Positions 9,188 to 18,453 of a stretch of 64,000 bases of DNA are shown here, one piece after another. Made by a program: the position numbers and the translations under genes. The stretch is from an uncultured Desulfosarcina sp. (lineage in GTDB: Bacteria; Desulfobacterota; Desulfobacteria; Desulfobacterales; Desulfosarcinaceae). The DNA lies in contig CAXXWQ010000004.1 of NCBI GenBank assembly GCA_963674945.2, positions 672,001 through 736,000 on the forward strand. Direction: 5' to 3'. The first letter of the stretch is position 1; each line of letters opens with the position of its first letter. Under the pieces are notes generated by a model. That model saw nothing but the letters and a program-made list of their open reading frames with translations, was not told where the DNA came from and did not search any database.

Positions 9188-11023
9188 TTATCCTCTGCTA
9201 TCTTTCCAATTCGTTTCCGGAGAAAACCGGAGGGCTTGTGCAAACACTTTTGGATATCCCGGAAAACTCGTTAGTTCCACATAATTCACCCGACGGGCGA
9301 TATCCATCGACATACGGCGCTGCGACTTGGATATCAATGCCTGTTTCGCACCCACGCCTGCCGCGTTTCCCACCTGAGAATAACGGTCAAGGTCAAGCGG
9401 TGGCAGCATCCCGATACGGATCGCGCTGGCCACATCAATATAGTTGCCGAAGGCGCCGGCGATGATCACCTCCTCGACGTCTTGCCAATGGACGCCGGCT
9501 TGCTCCAGAAGGATATTCATCCCGGAACCGATGGCACCTTTGGCCAGTTGAATTTCACTCAAGTCCTTGCCGGTAAGCGTGATGTCCTTTCCGGTACCGC
9601 TTTGTTCACCACTGGCAAGGACGAACTCTTTCCCTTTTTCGGAATCACGGATACAGGGATGGGCGTTCATTCTGCCCTTGGCATTGATGATTCCCGTTTC
9701 CAACAATTGCGCTGCTGCATCGAGAATGCCCGAGCCGCACAAACCGATGGGCGGTTTGCCGTCGATGGTCTGCAAGATAACGGAATCGCCGTTGATCTTG
9801 ACCTTTTCGATGGCGCCGGCCATGGCACGCATGCCATTTTTGATATGCGCTCCCTCAAAAGCCGGTCCCGAAGCACAGGAACAGCAGCTTAGCTTCCCAT
9901 TGGCCACCAACGTGATCTCGGTGTTCGTTCCGATGTCGATGCCGATGACGGTTTTGTCGCTGTCGGCGATACCCGTGGCCAGGAGCATGGATACGTGGTC
10001 GGCACCCACGAAACCGGCGATGTTGGGCATCGTGTATACATATGCTCCGGGGGCGACGGCAAGGCCGATATCCCTGGCTTTCGTGTAAAGTGAACCTGAG
10101 GCGATGGGGGTGTACGGCGCCATGATCAACTGTTTAACGGGAAGACCGAGAAAGAGGTGATGCATGGCCGTGTTGCCCACCAGCACCACTTCCACGATAC
10201 TATCCGGGTCCTGGCCCGTATCGGCGCACGCCCCTTTGACGATCTTGTTGATGCCTTCCACCACTACCTTGCGCAGTGTATCCCCATCATTTTCGATGGC
10301 ATAGGAGATACGGCTCACGATATCTTCGCCGTAGGCGATCTGGGGGTTCATCACACCCTTGGCCGTCAGGACTTCTCCCGTCTCCAGGTCGGTCAGGTAC
10401 GCGGCAATGGAGGTCGTTCCCAAATCCACGGCAAGCCCAAGCACCCGATCATCGGCTTTTCCTGCGGAAACCACCTCGTTTCCATGCAGACCGATTTTTG
10501 CATGCCACTCATTGTCCCGCAGGATCGTTGACAATCGACGTTGTGCATAAAGATCTAAACGGATATCTTTTTTGTCGCAATGCGCAGCCAGATAGTCGGC
10601 GATTCTGAGTTGATCCGATCGGTTGTCGTCCTTTCCCGGGCGCGACAGTTGGATATCAACGATCTCGACAACCGGATCGTTCAGAGTACTCTTTTCATCA
10701 CCGACAAGATGTACCCGTTGGGAATCTTCAAGCGACTCCAACGGAACTTCGACCTTGACGTCTCCGTATATCCTGGTCAGGCACGCAAGCCGATATCCTT
10801 GACCGATCTCTTCACCGCTCAAAGACTTCTTTTCTCTTTCGTCCGGGGGCGACACTTCGCCGGACAAGATGCGAACTTTGCATTTGCCGCAAGTCCCTTT
10901 GCCGCCGCAAAGGGACGCCAGGCCTATGCCATAGTCTCGAGCCGCCTGAAATATCGTCGTCTCGTAGTCGGCACTGATCCGCCTGCCGATTGGCTGTAAA
11001 TCGATTCTGCACTTTTCATACAT
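9188..11023 (-). CDS. ATP-dependent reductive activator of corrinoid proteins (RACo/AcsV type; 2Fe-2S plus ASKHA domains)
   Basis: CGGKGTCGKC..RLAC ferredoxin domain, VDLGTT, NPQIAYGED, DIGTNTE, ASGPAFEG, GLCGSG motifs. Confidence 0.93.
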   Translation of the reverse strand: MYEKCRIDLQPIGRRISADYETTIFQAARDYGIGLASLCGGKGTCGKCKVRILSGEVSPPDEREKKSLSGEEIGQGYRLACLTRIYGDVKVEVPLESLEDSQRVHLVGDEKSTLNDPVVEIVDIQLSRPGKDDNRSDQLRIADYLAAHCDKKDIRLDLYAQRRLSTILRDNEWHAKIGLHGNEVVSAGKADDRVLGLAVDLGTTSIAAYLTDLETGEVLTAKGVMNPQIAYGEDIVSRISYAIENDGDTLRKVVVEGINKIVKGACADTGQDPDSIVEVVLVGNTAMHHLFLGLPVKQLIMAPYTPIASGSLYTKARDIGLAVAPGAYVYTMPNIAGFVGADHVSMLLATGIADSDKTVIGIDIGTNTEITLVANGKLSCCSCASGPAFEGAHIKNGMRAMAGAIEKVKINGDSVILQTIDGKPPIGLCGSGILDAAAQLLETGIINAKGRMNAHPCIRDSEKGKEFVLASGEQSGTGKDITLTGKDLSEIQLAKGAIGSGMNILLEQAGVHWQDVEEVIIAGAFGNYIDVASAIRIGMLPPLDLDRYSQVGNAAGVGAKQALISKSQRRMSMDIARRVNYVELTSFPGYPKVFAQALRFSPETNWKDSRG

Positions 11024-11162
11024 TGTCAGGTTCCATACTTTGTCATGTTTTTATCGAAAACAAAACGAACGTAAGTTTCGCATCATACGCTGCATCCAAT
11101 ATCCCGTAAATAGCTCAGGTTCACTTTCACACAAAAAAAAGGAATAAAAACGACAATAATTT

Positions 11163-12062
11163 TTAGAAAATCTTAAACAGCGGGTGATCCGGACCGGGTC
11201 GCAGCCCCATGTTCATTCCGCCGTAGGCCAGCATGGCATCCACCGCCCCTGCCGCCGGATAAAACCATTTTGCGTTTCGGGTCGGACCGTAAAAGATGAA
11301 GCTGCCCCCCCAGCAAAGCGGCAATGCGTAAACAACGGATGCGGTGGCTTCGAAGGCCGGTGTGCCGCGGTCACGCAGTTTCTTCCACAGATAAATGGCG
11401 TTCGATGGTGCACAGCCCCACGGCAAACCAAGCTCATTTTTCACCAGCTGGGCGGCCTGGGTGGCCCAACCGACGCTGGGGATATCCAGTATGCCAAGGT
11501 CGATCAGAAAGTTTTCCAGCCCGGCTTTCTTCGCCGCGGGATACATGTTCTCCTTGAGCAGTTTGAACCTGGCTTTCGGCTTGATCGCCTTCGTGGTCAG
11601 GGGAAGAATCACCACGCTCTTGATACCGCATTCGGCGATACACTCCATTTCATCTTCTTTATAGTGCCCCTCCATGGAATTGTAGATCAGACGGGGGATA
11701 AGCTCGCTTCCGGCAAAATGCCGGATGGCCTCCATCCGTGCCTTGGGAAGCGCAGAATCCACCAGGATGGGGGAGGTGGTATTGGCCGCCACCCACTCGA
11801 TATAGTTGATCAATGCCTCACCGGTATCTCCGATGACATCGATGATGCGCGGATTGCCGGTACTCAGCGACAATTCTTCTTCTTTGTCCAGCAATGCCTT
11901 GGCTTTGTCCTTATCGAAGATTCCTTTATCGGTATCCTTGACGATCTTGTGACCGCGGAAGAACATGCTGCCGATCATGACGGAAGGGTTCTCTCCGGGC
12001 TTGCCGCCGACTTTGACGCCGGCGATATCGAATACTTTCTGTTCCGTAGCGAATTCAAACAT
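11163..12062 (-). CDS. MtrH/MtgA-family methylcorrinoid:pterin (THF) methyltransferase
   Basis: N-terminus MFEF..EQKVFDIAGVKVGGKPGENP...GSMF..GH, plus YNS, GCAPSN and FYGP, as in the MtrH family. Confidence 0.9.
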   Translation of the reverse strand: MFEFATEQKVFDIAGVKVGGKPGENPSVMIGSMFFRGHKIVKDTDKGIFDKDKAKALLDKEEELSLSTGNPRIIDVIGDTGEALINYIEWVAANTTSPILVDSALPKARMEAIRHFAGSELIPRLIYNSMEGHYKEDEMECIAECGIKSVVILPLTTKAIKPKARFKLLKENMYPAAKKAGLENFLIDLGILDIPSVGWATQAAQLVKNELGLPWGCAPSNAIYLWKKLRDRGTPAFEATASVVYALPLCWGGSFIFYGPTRNAKWFYPAAGAVDAMLAYGGMNMGLRPGPDHPLFKIF

Positions 12063-12112
12063 GTAATGGTAACCCCTTTTCTTTATAATTCTCCGAATCG
12101 GTAATGGCCGAC

Positions 12113-12583
12113 CTAATCATCATCGTCCTCGTCTTCATCCATCAATGGCACATTTTCTTCTATCATCTCGTTGATCCATGCCTTGGTATCCTCATCCGCC
12201 CCCTTCTTCAGTGCCTTTACTTCACTGTCATCGGCGGTTTCAACTTCCATCACCCAGCCGTTGCCATACGGATCCATCTGGATGGGATTGGCGTTTCCCT
12301 TGGTAAGGGGCGGATTGATTGCAGCTACGGTCCCACTTACGGGGGCGATGATCTCCCAGACACCCTTGCTGGTTTCCACATGCCCGACTGGCTTCCCCTT
12401 GGTGATTTGCGCACCCTCTTTGGCAACGATCTTGACATGCGCCAATTTTTTTACCGCTTTGACACCAAGGTCTGATATGCCGATTTGAACCTTGTTTCCA
12501 CCCAGGTCCTTGACCCAGATAAACTCTTCCGAATAATATATGTCCTCGGGGAATTTGAGTTCCTTGCCATACATGTTCTTCAT
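12113..12583 (-). CDS. Lipoyl-carrier protein (GcvH-like) 1
   Basis: IGISD, VETSK (lipoyl-Lys), APVSG, DPYGNGW; acidic C-terminal tail. Confidence 0.92.
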   Translation of the reverse strand: MKNMYGKELKFPEDIYYSEEFIWVKDLGGNKVQIGISDLGVKAVKKLAHVKIVAKEGAQITKGKPVGHVETSKGVWEIIAPVSGTVAAINPPLTKGNANPIQMDPYGNGWVMEVETADDSEVKALKKGADEDTKAWINEMIEENVPLMDEDEDDDD

Positions 12584-12631
12584 CTGAATTTTTCTCCTTA
12601 ATTATCTAATTATTTTTATTGATGTTATCTA

Positions 12632-12985
12632 TCATTCAGGTGGTTCGATAACCGGTATTAATACCAGGGCAAGGCCGTCTAATGCCTTACTTGGTACCAT
12701 CGTTCCCTCGGCCTTTGCCTGCGACGCATTAATATCACCATTAAGTATTCCGAGGAGTATGTCGCTATTCGCTTCGATAACACTGGTAGCGGCTTCTTCA
12801 TCTATTTTCTCTTCAAGGCTTTCCACGGTGCCGTCCGGGGCCATCTGCATGAACCAGCCCGTGTTCAGGTCAGGCACTTTGAAAAGAATGCTTCCACCCC
12901 AGTCGTCCACTACGTCCGGTCCGATATCATTGAGCCTCTCAACCGCTTGGTCCAATCGTTTCTGCAATGCTTCCTTGTCTGCCAT
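12632..12985 (-). CDS. SCP2 (sterol-carrier)-like lipid-binding domain protein
   Basis: 117 aa. The ATSVIEANSDILLGILNGDINASQAKAEG segment matches the SCP2 C-terminal pattern. Confidence 0.65.
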   Translation of the reverse strand: MADKEALQKRLDQAVERLNDIGPDVVDDWGGSILFKVPDLNTGWFMQMAPDGTVESLEEKIDEEAATSVIEANSDILLGILNGDINASQAKAEGTMVPSKALDGLALVLIPVIEPPE

Positions 12986-13004
12986 TTCACTCTCCTTCCA
13001 GCTT

Positions 13005-14222
13005 TCATTTAAGTTTGCCGTGGTTTCTGGCCGCCGATACGGCAGCAGAAAAATTCTCCGGTGGGGTTAAGTAGTCAACAGCTGCAATTCCGATGGAAAA
13101 TTTATTGTACGACTTTCCATAGTTGCACAGTTTTTCTACCTCTTCTTCAATTACCGAGGCTGGCCCGTTGGAAAGAATCGCATCGGATAGTGCACAGCAG
13201 CAGTATACATCATTTTCCCGGGAGCAATCGACTGCTTTTCTATAGTCCATTTCGGCGCAGAACCATCCTTGTAAACTGCCGGGTCCAACCGCCCTTTGTG
13301 CACGCATCTCCGGAAACCAATCAAGAGCTCCTTCATACGTCATTGCGTACCAACACGGTAATTTTGATCCAAGCACTTTTCCTAATCTCTCGTAATAACT
13401 AAGTATCCATTCATTTCCCTTTAGTGGGGCAAATCCGATTTGGCTGCATAGGATCAGGCAGTCCGCACCTGCCTCAATCGCGGCCAGACCCGTCTTTATC
13501 GTCCATTCTGTGGCCAGATTCATACTACGTTGGCATAATTCGGAGTCCTTGCGCAAAGCCCTCATATATCCGGTCCATCCCATCATGAACATACCGACGG
13601 TTCCCAAGGGGTCGTTGCCAATACATACCGACAAAGGCATGATTTTGTCGAGTTCTTGGTCTACCAATAGGCGCTTGATTTCTCGGCAAGCCCAGAGATA
13701 ACCGGTGTATAGGCCCGTATGACAGGGATCGGGAATATCGAACCCTTCCAGATCCGCAAGTGACTTGATTGGAAACCCCTTGACCTGAGCCGGATTGCCG
13801 TAATCCACCATCTGTGCATCCGCTCCCCAAATTTCCTGCGTATAGCTGATGGGGTAAAGGATGGGAAGATCGAGTCCATACTTTGCTACCGTGGCCAGAT
13901 GAGCCTTGACCAACAGTTTCGGATCTCTACAAACATCTCCGGGTTTCCAGCGCTGTCCATGCGGGTCCAACGTACGAACAGCATATGGATTAAAGTAGTA
14001 GGACTCGAGAAACAGCCGATCTTTTTCCCTGCCTTTCAATGTGGCATGCAGTCTCTCAAAAGAAGTAAGCGTATCTCCCGAGTCTTCGATATTGCGATGA
14101 ATTTGCTGGCAGTACCCTCTCAGTTCTCGTTGTTCCGCCTCTGACCATGAAAAATCCAGCTCATCCAGCGGTATACCATACCAATATGGGGCGCCTGCCA
14201 GCGTTCCATGTTTTAGCGTCAA
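13005..14222 (-). CDS. URO-D/MtaA-fold methyltransferase paralogue C (Cys form)
   Basis: Aligns with the other paralogues (APYWYGIPL, ERL, NPYAVR, YTGYLWACRE, DYLTP). Start inferred at TTG 14222 (405 aa) because the ORF-track start at 14357 overlaps the upstream gene. Confidence 0.85.
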   Translation of the reverse strand: MTLKHGTLAGAPYWYGIPLDELDFSWSEAEQRELRGYCQQIHRNIEDSGDTLTSFERLHATLKGREKDRLFLESYYFNPYAVRTLDPHGQRWKPGDVCRDPKLLVKAHLATVAKYGLDLPILYPISYTQEIWGADAQMVDYGNPAQVKGFPIKSLADLEGFDIPDPCHTGLYTGYLWACREIKRLLVDQELDKIMPLSVCIGNDPLGTVGMFMMGWTGYMRALRKDSELCQRSMNLATEWTIKTGLAAIEAGADCLILCSQIGFAPLKGNEWILSYYERLGKVLGSKLPCWYAMTYEGALDWFPEMRAQRAVGPGSLQGWFCAEMDYRKAVDCSRENDVYCCCALSDAILSNGPASVIEEEVEKLCNYGKSYNKFSIGIAAVDYLTPPENFSAAVSAARNHGKLK

Positions 14223-14247
14223 ACCGTACGAAGTGTCTTTCCGGTTA

Positions 14248-14937
14248 CTATTTGTTTCTCTCGATCCACCGGGCCATCTTGCCGTCCAAGATCGCCTTGA
14301 CCTTTTCCAGTGCATCGAAGGCACTCTCGCCAAAGGTATCGGCGCCGACTTCGTCACACCACTCAGGCGTCATGCCCCAGCCGCCGGTGATAAAGATCAC
14401 GTCGTCCCTGACGCCGGCTTCGACCATGGCCTTGTGGATGACACCGCAATACGGCGTAACCGGTCCGATGATGGCAGAGGCGCCCACGATATCGGGCTTG
14501 TACTTCTTGATCGCTGCAACAAAATTATCGGCCGACACGTTCTCTCCGATGTCGATGGCCTTGATGCCTGCACCGGAAAAGAAGGCGGAGACGATTCTTT
14601 TGCCGACGTTGTGAAGATCACCTTCCACTGTGCCGATGATCATCACCTTATCCTCCGGCTTCCGATTCATGATGGAGGCTTCGACATCCGCTGTCGGCAG
14701 CAACTTCTCCATGGCGTCGTTCATGATCTGTCCCGAGATCATCAGGTCGCTCATGAACCGGTCATTGGCCTCGTACTCATCGCCAATGATGGTCAAGCCG
14801 GGACTCAACCCCTTAACAATGACGTCCAGGGCAGGAATTTTGGCATCCATGCATTCCTGAACCAACTGGGCGACCAAATCATCATCCAGATCGATAATCG
14901 CCTCTTTTAATTTTTCCAGTATTTCGTCGTTCGCCAT
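14248..14937 (-). CDS. Methyltransferase cognate corrinoid protein (MtaC-like) 2
   Basis: Cap domain plus GTVEGDLHNVGK (DxHxxG), VGASA, TGG. Confidence 0.93.
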   Translation of the reverse strand: MANDEILEKLKEAIIDLDDDLVAQLVQECMDAKIPALDVIVKGLSPGLTIIGDEYEANDRFMSDLMISGQIMNDAMEKLLPTADVEASIMNRKPEDKVMIIGTVEGDLHNVGKRIVSAFFSGAGIKAIDIGENVSADNFVAAIKKYKPDIVGASAIIGPVTPYCGVIHKAMVEAGVRDDVIFITGGWGMTPEWCDEVGADTFGESAFDALEKVKAILDGKMARWIERNK

Positions 14938-14994
14938 TTGGACCAGCCTCCTTTACTTGCACGAAAAAGTTTATGTGCCAATTGAACCCATTAC

Positions 14995-16248
14995 CTACTC
15001 ATATCTACCGTATTTTTTAAGCGCGGCGACTCCGATATCAATGTTCTCTGCAGTCGTCCAGTATGTCGGTTTAAATGACGGACCGAACTTGGGCTTGTTC
15101 TTATGGCGCATCACCTGCGTCTTTATCGCTTCTTCGATCTCGCTCGGGGAGCCGAACTCGATGATGTGGTCGTCGATGGTGTAGCTCATGTACAGTTCAT
15201 GATCATGGTGCCAGTCCGCAGCATAATCCAGGTCCACTGCGCCGCTTCCGCCGGTTCCGCCGTTGAAGGTCTTTCCGATCGGTCCTAAGCCCCCATGCTC
15301 ATACATCACTTCAAACCACTCCTGTGCCTTGCCCAGGTACGCATATCCATAGCCCATGGAAAGTTCTTTGTTCAATTTGTCCTTACTGTACTGACAGATG
15401 GTTTCGCCAACGATTCTGAAGTGATCAGCAATCCAGATGTTTTTGTCGTTTCCCAACGGGAAACCGCCATCCTGACTTCACATCGTTATCCCATCGGGTT
15501 GGGCCTCCTCTATCATCGCCTTGCCGAAGCTGCAAAGCCATTGTACGGCGATTTCGCTGCACGCCTTGACAAGGTCCGGTTTCTTGCGAAGACCGATACT
15601 GAACTCGGTCCAGCCCATCATCCCCATCATCACCATCAGTGGTGGTCCGGGGCAAATCGATGTCCATACCGGAATGGGAAGCTTGTATTTCTCAACGATC
15701 CGCCTGTATTCCCGGCAAGCCCAAAGATAACCCGGATACAGCCCGTCTTTCCGGGCATCGGGCAGCGGCATGCCTTCCAGGTCTTCCATGCTCTGGATGG
15801 GAGGTTTGCCTTTGATAATCGGGTTGCCGTACTCGATCATCGATGACAGGCCGCCCCACATATCCTCGCCGTAATTGATGTTGTGGATGCAGCTGTAATC
15901 GAGACCGAACCGTGCCATCATCGACAAGTGGGCCTTTACATACAGCTTGGGAAATTGGTACACGTCGATCGGCTTGTAGGCATCGGCGGAGTGATCCAGC
16001 ATCTTCACCGTATATGGGTTGTTATGCGGTATTCCCATGAACATACGGTCTTTGTCCTTGCCCCACATGGCAGCCTGAAAGCGCTCCAGCGGGGTCATGC
16101 CCCCCTCTTCCTCGATATTCTTGAGGATCTTCTCACAAATGCGCTCTATTTCCCGTGTCTCTTCGGGAGACCACTCAAAATCAAGTTTATCGAGCGGTGT
16201 GTTGTACCAGTAAGGCGCATTTTCAAGTGGCTGTCTTCCTTTAAACAT
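14995..16248 (-). CDS. Selenocysteine-containing URO-D/MtaA-fold methyltransferase (417 aa, Sec257), copy 1
   Basis: ORFs 15478-16248 and 14995-15456 are in frame and separated only by the TGA at 15478-15480. The read-through sequence PDGITM-U-SQDGGFP aligns with PDGLYM-C-SFMGSFP and ADCLIL-C-SQIGFAP. A SECIS-like hairpin follows. Confidence 0.88.
15430..15477 (-). promoter_or_regulatory. Bacterial SECIS-like element, copy 1
   Basis: mRNA UGA-AGUCAGGAUG-GCG-GUUUCCC-GUU-GGGAAAC-GACAAAAA-CAUCUGGAUU: a 7-bp upper stem with a GUU loop beginning 21 nt after the UGA, plus a lower stem. Confidence 0.8.
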
Positions 16249-16295
16249 AGCCAGTTGCCTCCTTGTGTACTACCTGTTTCTTAAATTACCGTGCC

Positions 16296-16378
16296 GGCAA
16301 AACCACGAAACCGATCGCGTGAAATAGCCATTTTCGCTCTATTTACCCCCTCCCCGATTCGGTTTCGTGGCTGATGCC
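16296..16378 (-). promoter_or_regulatory. Large intergenic stem-loop upstream of the Sec gene (also at 19755-19837)
   Basis: CCACGAAACCGA (16303-16314) and TCGGTTTCGTGG (16359-16370) form a perfect 12-bp inverted repeat with an inner AAATAG/CTATTT helix. Confidence 0.6.
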
Positions 16379-16416
16379 ACACAGAGCAAATAATCAAGGC
16401 TGCCAGTGTAACCCTT

Positions 16417-17067
16417 CTACCCCCTGGCGGCTACGATCGCCTTGACTTTCTCGATGGCTTCATTGGCGGTGTCGCCATAGGCATCGGCGCAAACCTTGTC
16501 GCACCACTCCTGCGTCATGCCCCAGCCACCGATGATGTATATCACCTGGTCCCTGATGCCCGCTTCCACCAGCGCATCATGAATCACCTTGCAGTACGGC
16601 TTCTGGGGGCCTAAAATCGCAGAAGCGCCAACGACCTTGGCATTGTACTCCTTGGCCGCCGCGACAAAGGCATCCGCCGTCTGGTTCTCACCGATGTCGA
16701 TCACATTGTAACCGGCCGCGGTAAACACCGAGGCCACGACACGCTTGCCCACGCAGTGCTCGTCGCCTTCCACCGTGCCGATCACCATGTTCTGGCCCAC
16801 ACCCGTGGATCCTTTTTCCATCACCGGCTTCAACCTGGTGATCACATCGTTTAACAGCTCGCCGGCCAGAACCAGGTCGCTGGTGAATCGCGTATGGGCA
16901 TCGAAGCCCTCACCGATGATGGTCAGACCCGGTTGAAGCCCTTCGATGATGATCTCCATGGGATCCATGCCCGCCTCCAACGCTTCGTCGACCAGATCCA
17001 TTACATCGTCGTCTTCGATCTCAACGGTGGCTTCCGTTAATTTCTTAAGGATTTCCTCTTTAGACAT
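16417..17067 (-). CDS. Methyltransferase cognate corrinoid protein 1, copy 1
   Basis: GTVEGDEHCVGK (DxHxxG), VGASA, IGGW. Confidence 0.93.
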   Translation of the reverse strand: MSKEEILKKLTEATVEIEDDDVMDLVDEALEAGMDPMEIIIEGLQPGLTIIGEGFDAHTRFTSDLVLAGELLNDVITRLKPVMEKGSTGVGQNMVIGTVEGDEHCVGKRVVASVFTAAGYNVIDIGENQTADAFVAAAKEYNAKVVGASAILGPQKPYCKVIHDALVEAGIRDQVIYIIGGWGMTQEWCDKVCADAYGDTANEAIEKVKAIVAARG

Positions 17068-17109
17068 TCGCTCTTTTCTCCTTACTATTGGGTATAGACT
17101 TGAGAATGG

Positions 17110-18357
17110 TTAGAACCTTGCCATTTTCTTGGTCATATCAAACAGCTTGTCCACATACTCCATGGGAGTCCAGTAGTCGAGAACACCGAGGGCCTGGAAG
17201 TGCTTGGGATATTTCTTGGCTTCGGCAACGCGCACTTTCAGTTCCGCTTCCACGGCGTCAAAATCGCCATCCAGAACGATATGGTCATCCACACTGCACC
17301 CGCAGTACAAATCCTTTTCCCTGGCATAGGCATGGATAAAGGCGGGATCCATCTCAGGGCCGACCCACCAGCCGTCGAAACTGCCCGGACCGACAGCGCC
17401 ATGGGGATAGTAATGCTCCTGCCAGTGTTCCCATCCGTTTGCGCCCAGGGTATGCCACATGGGAATATCCTTGCCCAGATGAGACTTGATCGTCTTTCCC
17501 ACGTCCGCATACACATCCATGATGAACGTATTGTCCAGTTTTTTCGTCTTCGGAGGAAATGATCCCATGAAAGAGCACATGTACAATCCATCCGGGCCGG
17601 TCTCCTTGCACGCCTTGCCGAATGCCTTCTGGAACTCCGCCGCCTTCCACATGCACGCCTGGAACAGCTCGGGATTTTTCTTCATCATCACCGTGCCGGG
17701 ACCAAAACCGGTCATGCCCAAAAACATGGTGCCCAAAGGATCTCCGCAGAACGACAGCTCCACAGGCAACTTATCGGCAACACCGTATCTTTTCATGATC
17801 GTTTTTATCTCTTTGGCCGCCCAGAGGTATCCGGGATACAGGCTGTGCTTCTTCGGATCGGCCGGCAATACGCTCTCCAAATCCTCCATCGTCTTGATCG
17901 GCGGCTCGCCCACCATCTGCGGGGTCCCGTAGTCGATCATCCGCCCGTTGCCGCCCCAGCACTCTTCCGTATAGTGGATCACGTAAATGTTGATGATATC
18001 CAGCTTGAAACGCGCGGCCATGGCCAGATGACCCATGATGTGAAGCTTGGGCCGCTGATATAAGTCACCGGGCTTTATGGCGTCCGCCCAGGAATCAAGA
18101 CAGCGAACGGCATACGGGACATTGTACTTGCATTCGATGTGAAGACGGTCCTTGTCTTTCTTCTCGAAGGTAGCCCGAAATCGCTCCATCGGCGTCATCT
18201 CTTCCTCTTCACAGTTCTCGCCGATCTTTTCGCACAACCGCTTGAGGATCAGTTCCTCCTCCACACTCCACTCAAAATGCTGATCCTCCAGCGGTACGCC
18301 GTACCAGTCGGATGGAGCATTTTCCATGTGTCCAATTTTTACCTGTGGTTCCGCCAT
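17110..18357 (-). CDS. URO-D/MtaA-fold methyltransferase paralogue A (Cys form), copy 1
   Basis: MTPMERF, DR, PPIKTMEDLE, LDYWTP pattern; next to a corrinoid protein gene; RBS AGGAGG. Confidence 0.88.
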   Translation of the reverse strand: MAEPQVKIGHMENAPSDWYGVPLEDQHFEWSVEEELILKRLCEKIGENCEEEEMTPMERFRATFEKKDKDRLHIECKYNVPYAVRCLDSWADAIKPGDLYQRPKLHIMGHLAMAARFKLDIINIYVIHYTEECWGGNGRMIDYGTPQMVGEPPIKTMEDLESVLPADPKKHSLYPGYLWAAKEIKTIMKRYGVADKLPVELSFCGDPLGTMFLGMTGFGPGTVMMKKNPELFQACMWKAAEFQKAFGKACKETGPDGLYMCSFMGSFPPKTKKLDNTFIMDVYADVGKTIKSHLGKDIPMWHTLGANGWEHWQEHYYPHGAVGPGSFDGWWVGPEMDPAFIHAYAREKDLYCGCSVDDHIVLDGDFDAVEAELKVRVAEAKKYPKHFQALGVLDYWTPMEYVDKLFDMTKKMARF

Positions 18358-18453
18358 TATGAGTTCCTCCTATTTTTAGGTGATCGTATCTCAGCCTACT
18401 TCCTATATCGTTTATGCAGTTGTATGGCATAGGGTCAATGCAGAACCCATTAC

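Larger units (their letters stand above)
14984..18374. repeat. Direct repeat copy 1 (3391 bp)
   Basis: Matches 18443-21833 at an offset of 3459. Every listed ORF inside both copies translates identically. Confidence 0.97.

Noticed and set aside
8187..9284. Long alternative-frame ORFs (365 aa here; also 11184-12104, 24142-25122, 29289-30074, 30445-31245, 55833-56606)
   Set aside because: They are antisense shadows of well-supported genes with no recognisable motifs.
11163..12062. Methanogen Mtr complex or archaeal origin of the window
   Set aside because: Only an MtrH-family gene is present. TolC, FadL and sigma54 elements indicate a Gram-negative bacterium.
12113..12583. Conventional glycine cleavage system
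   Set aside because: H- and L-like proteins are present but there is no P- or T-protein in the window.
14223..14357. N-terminal 45 aa of the 450-aa ORF
   Set aside because: It overlaps the upstream corrinoid gene and has no similarity to the paralogues. A start near TTG 14222 fits better.
14995..15456. 153-aa ORF (and 18454-18915) as an independent gene, or the locus as a nonsense pseudogene
   Set aside because: It is the C-terminal part of the barrel with a TTG start and no clear RBS. The Cys alignment and hairpin favour Sec read-through.
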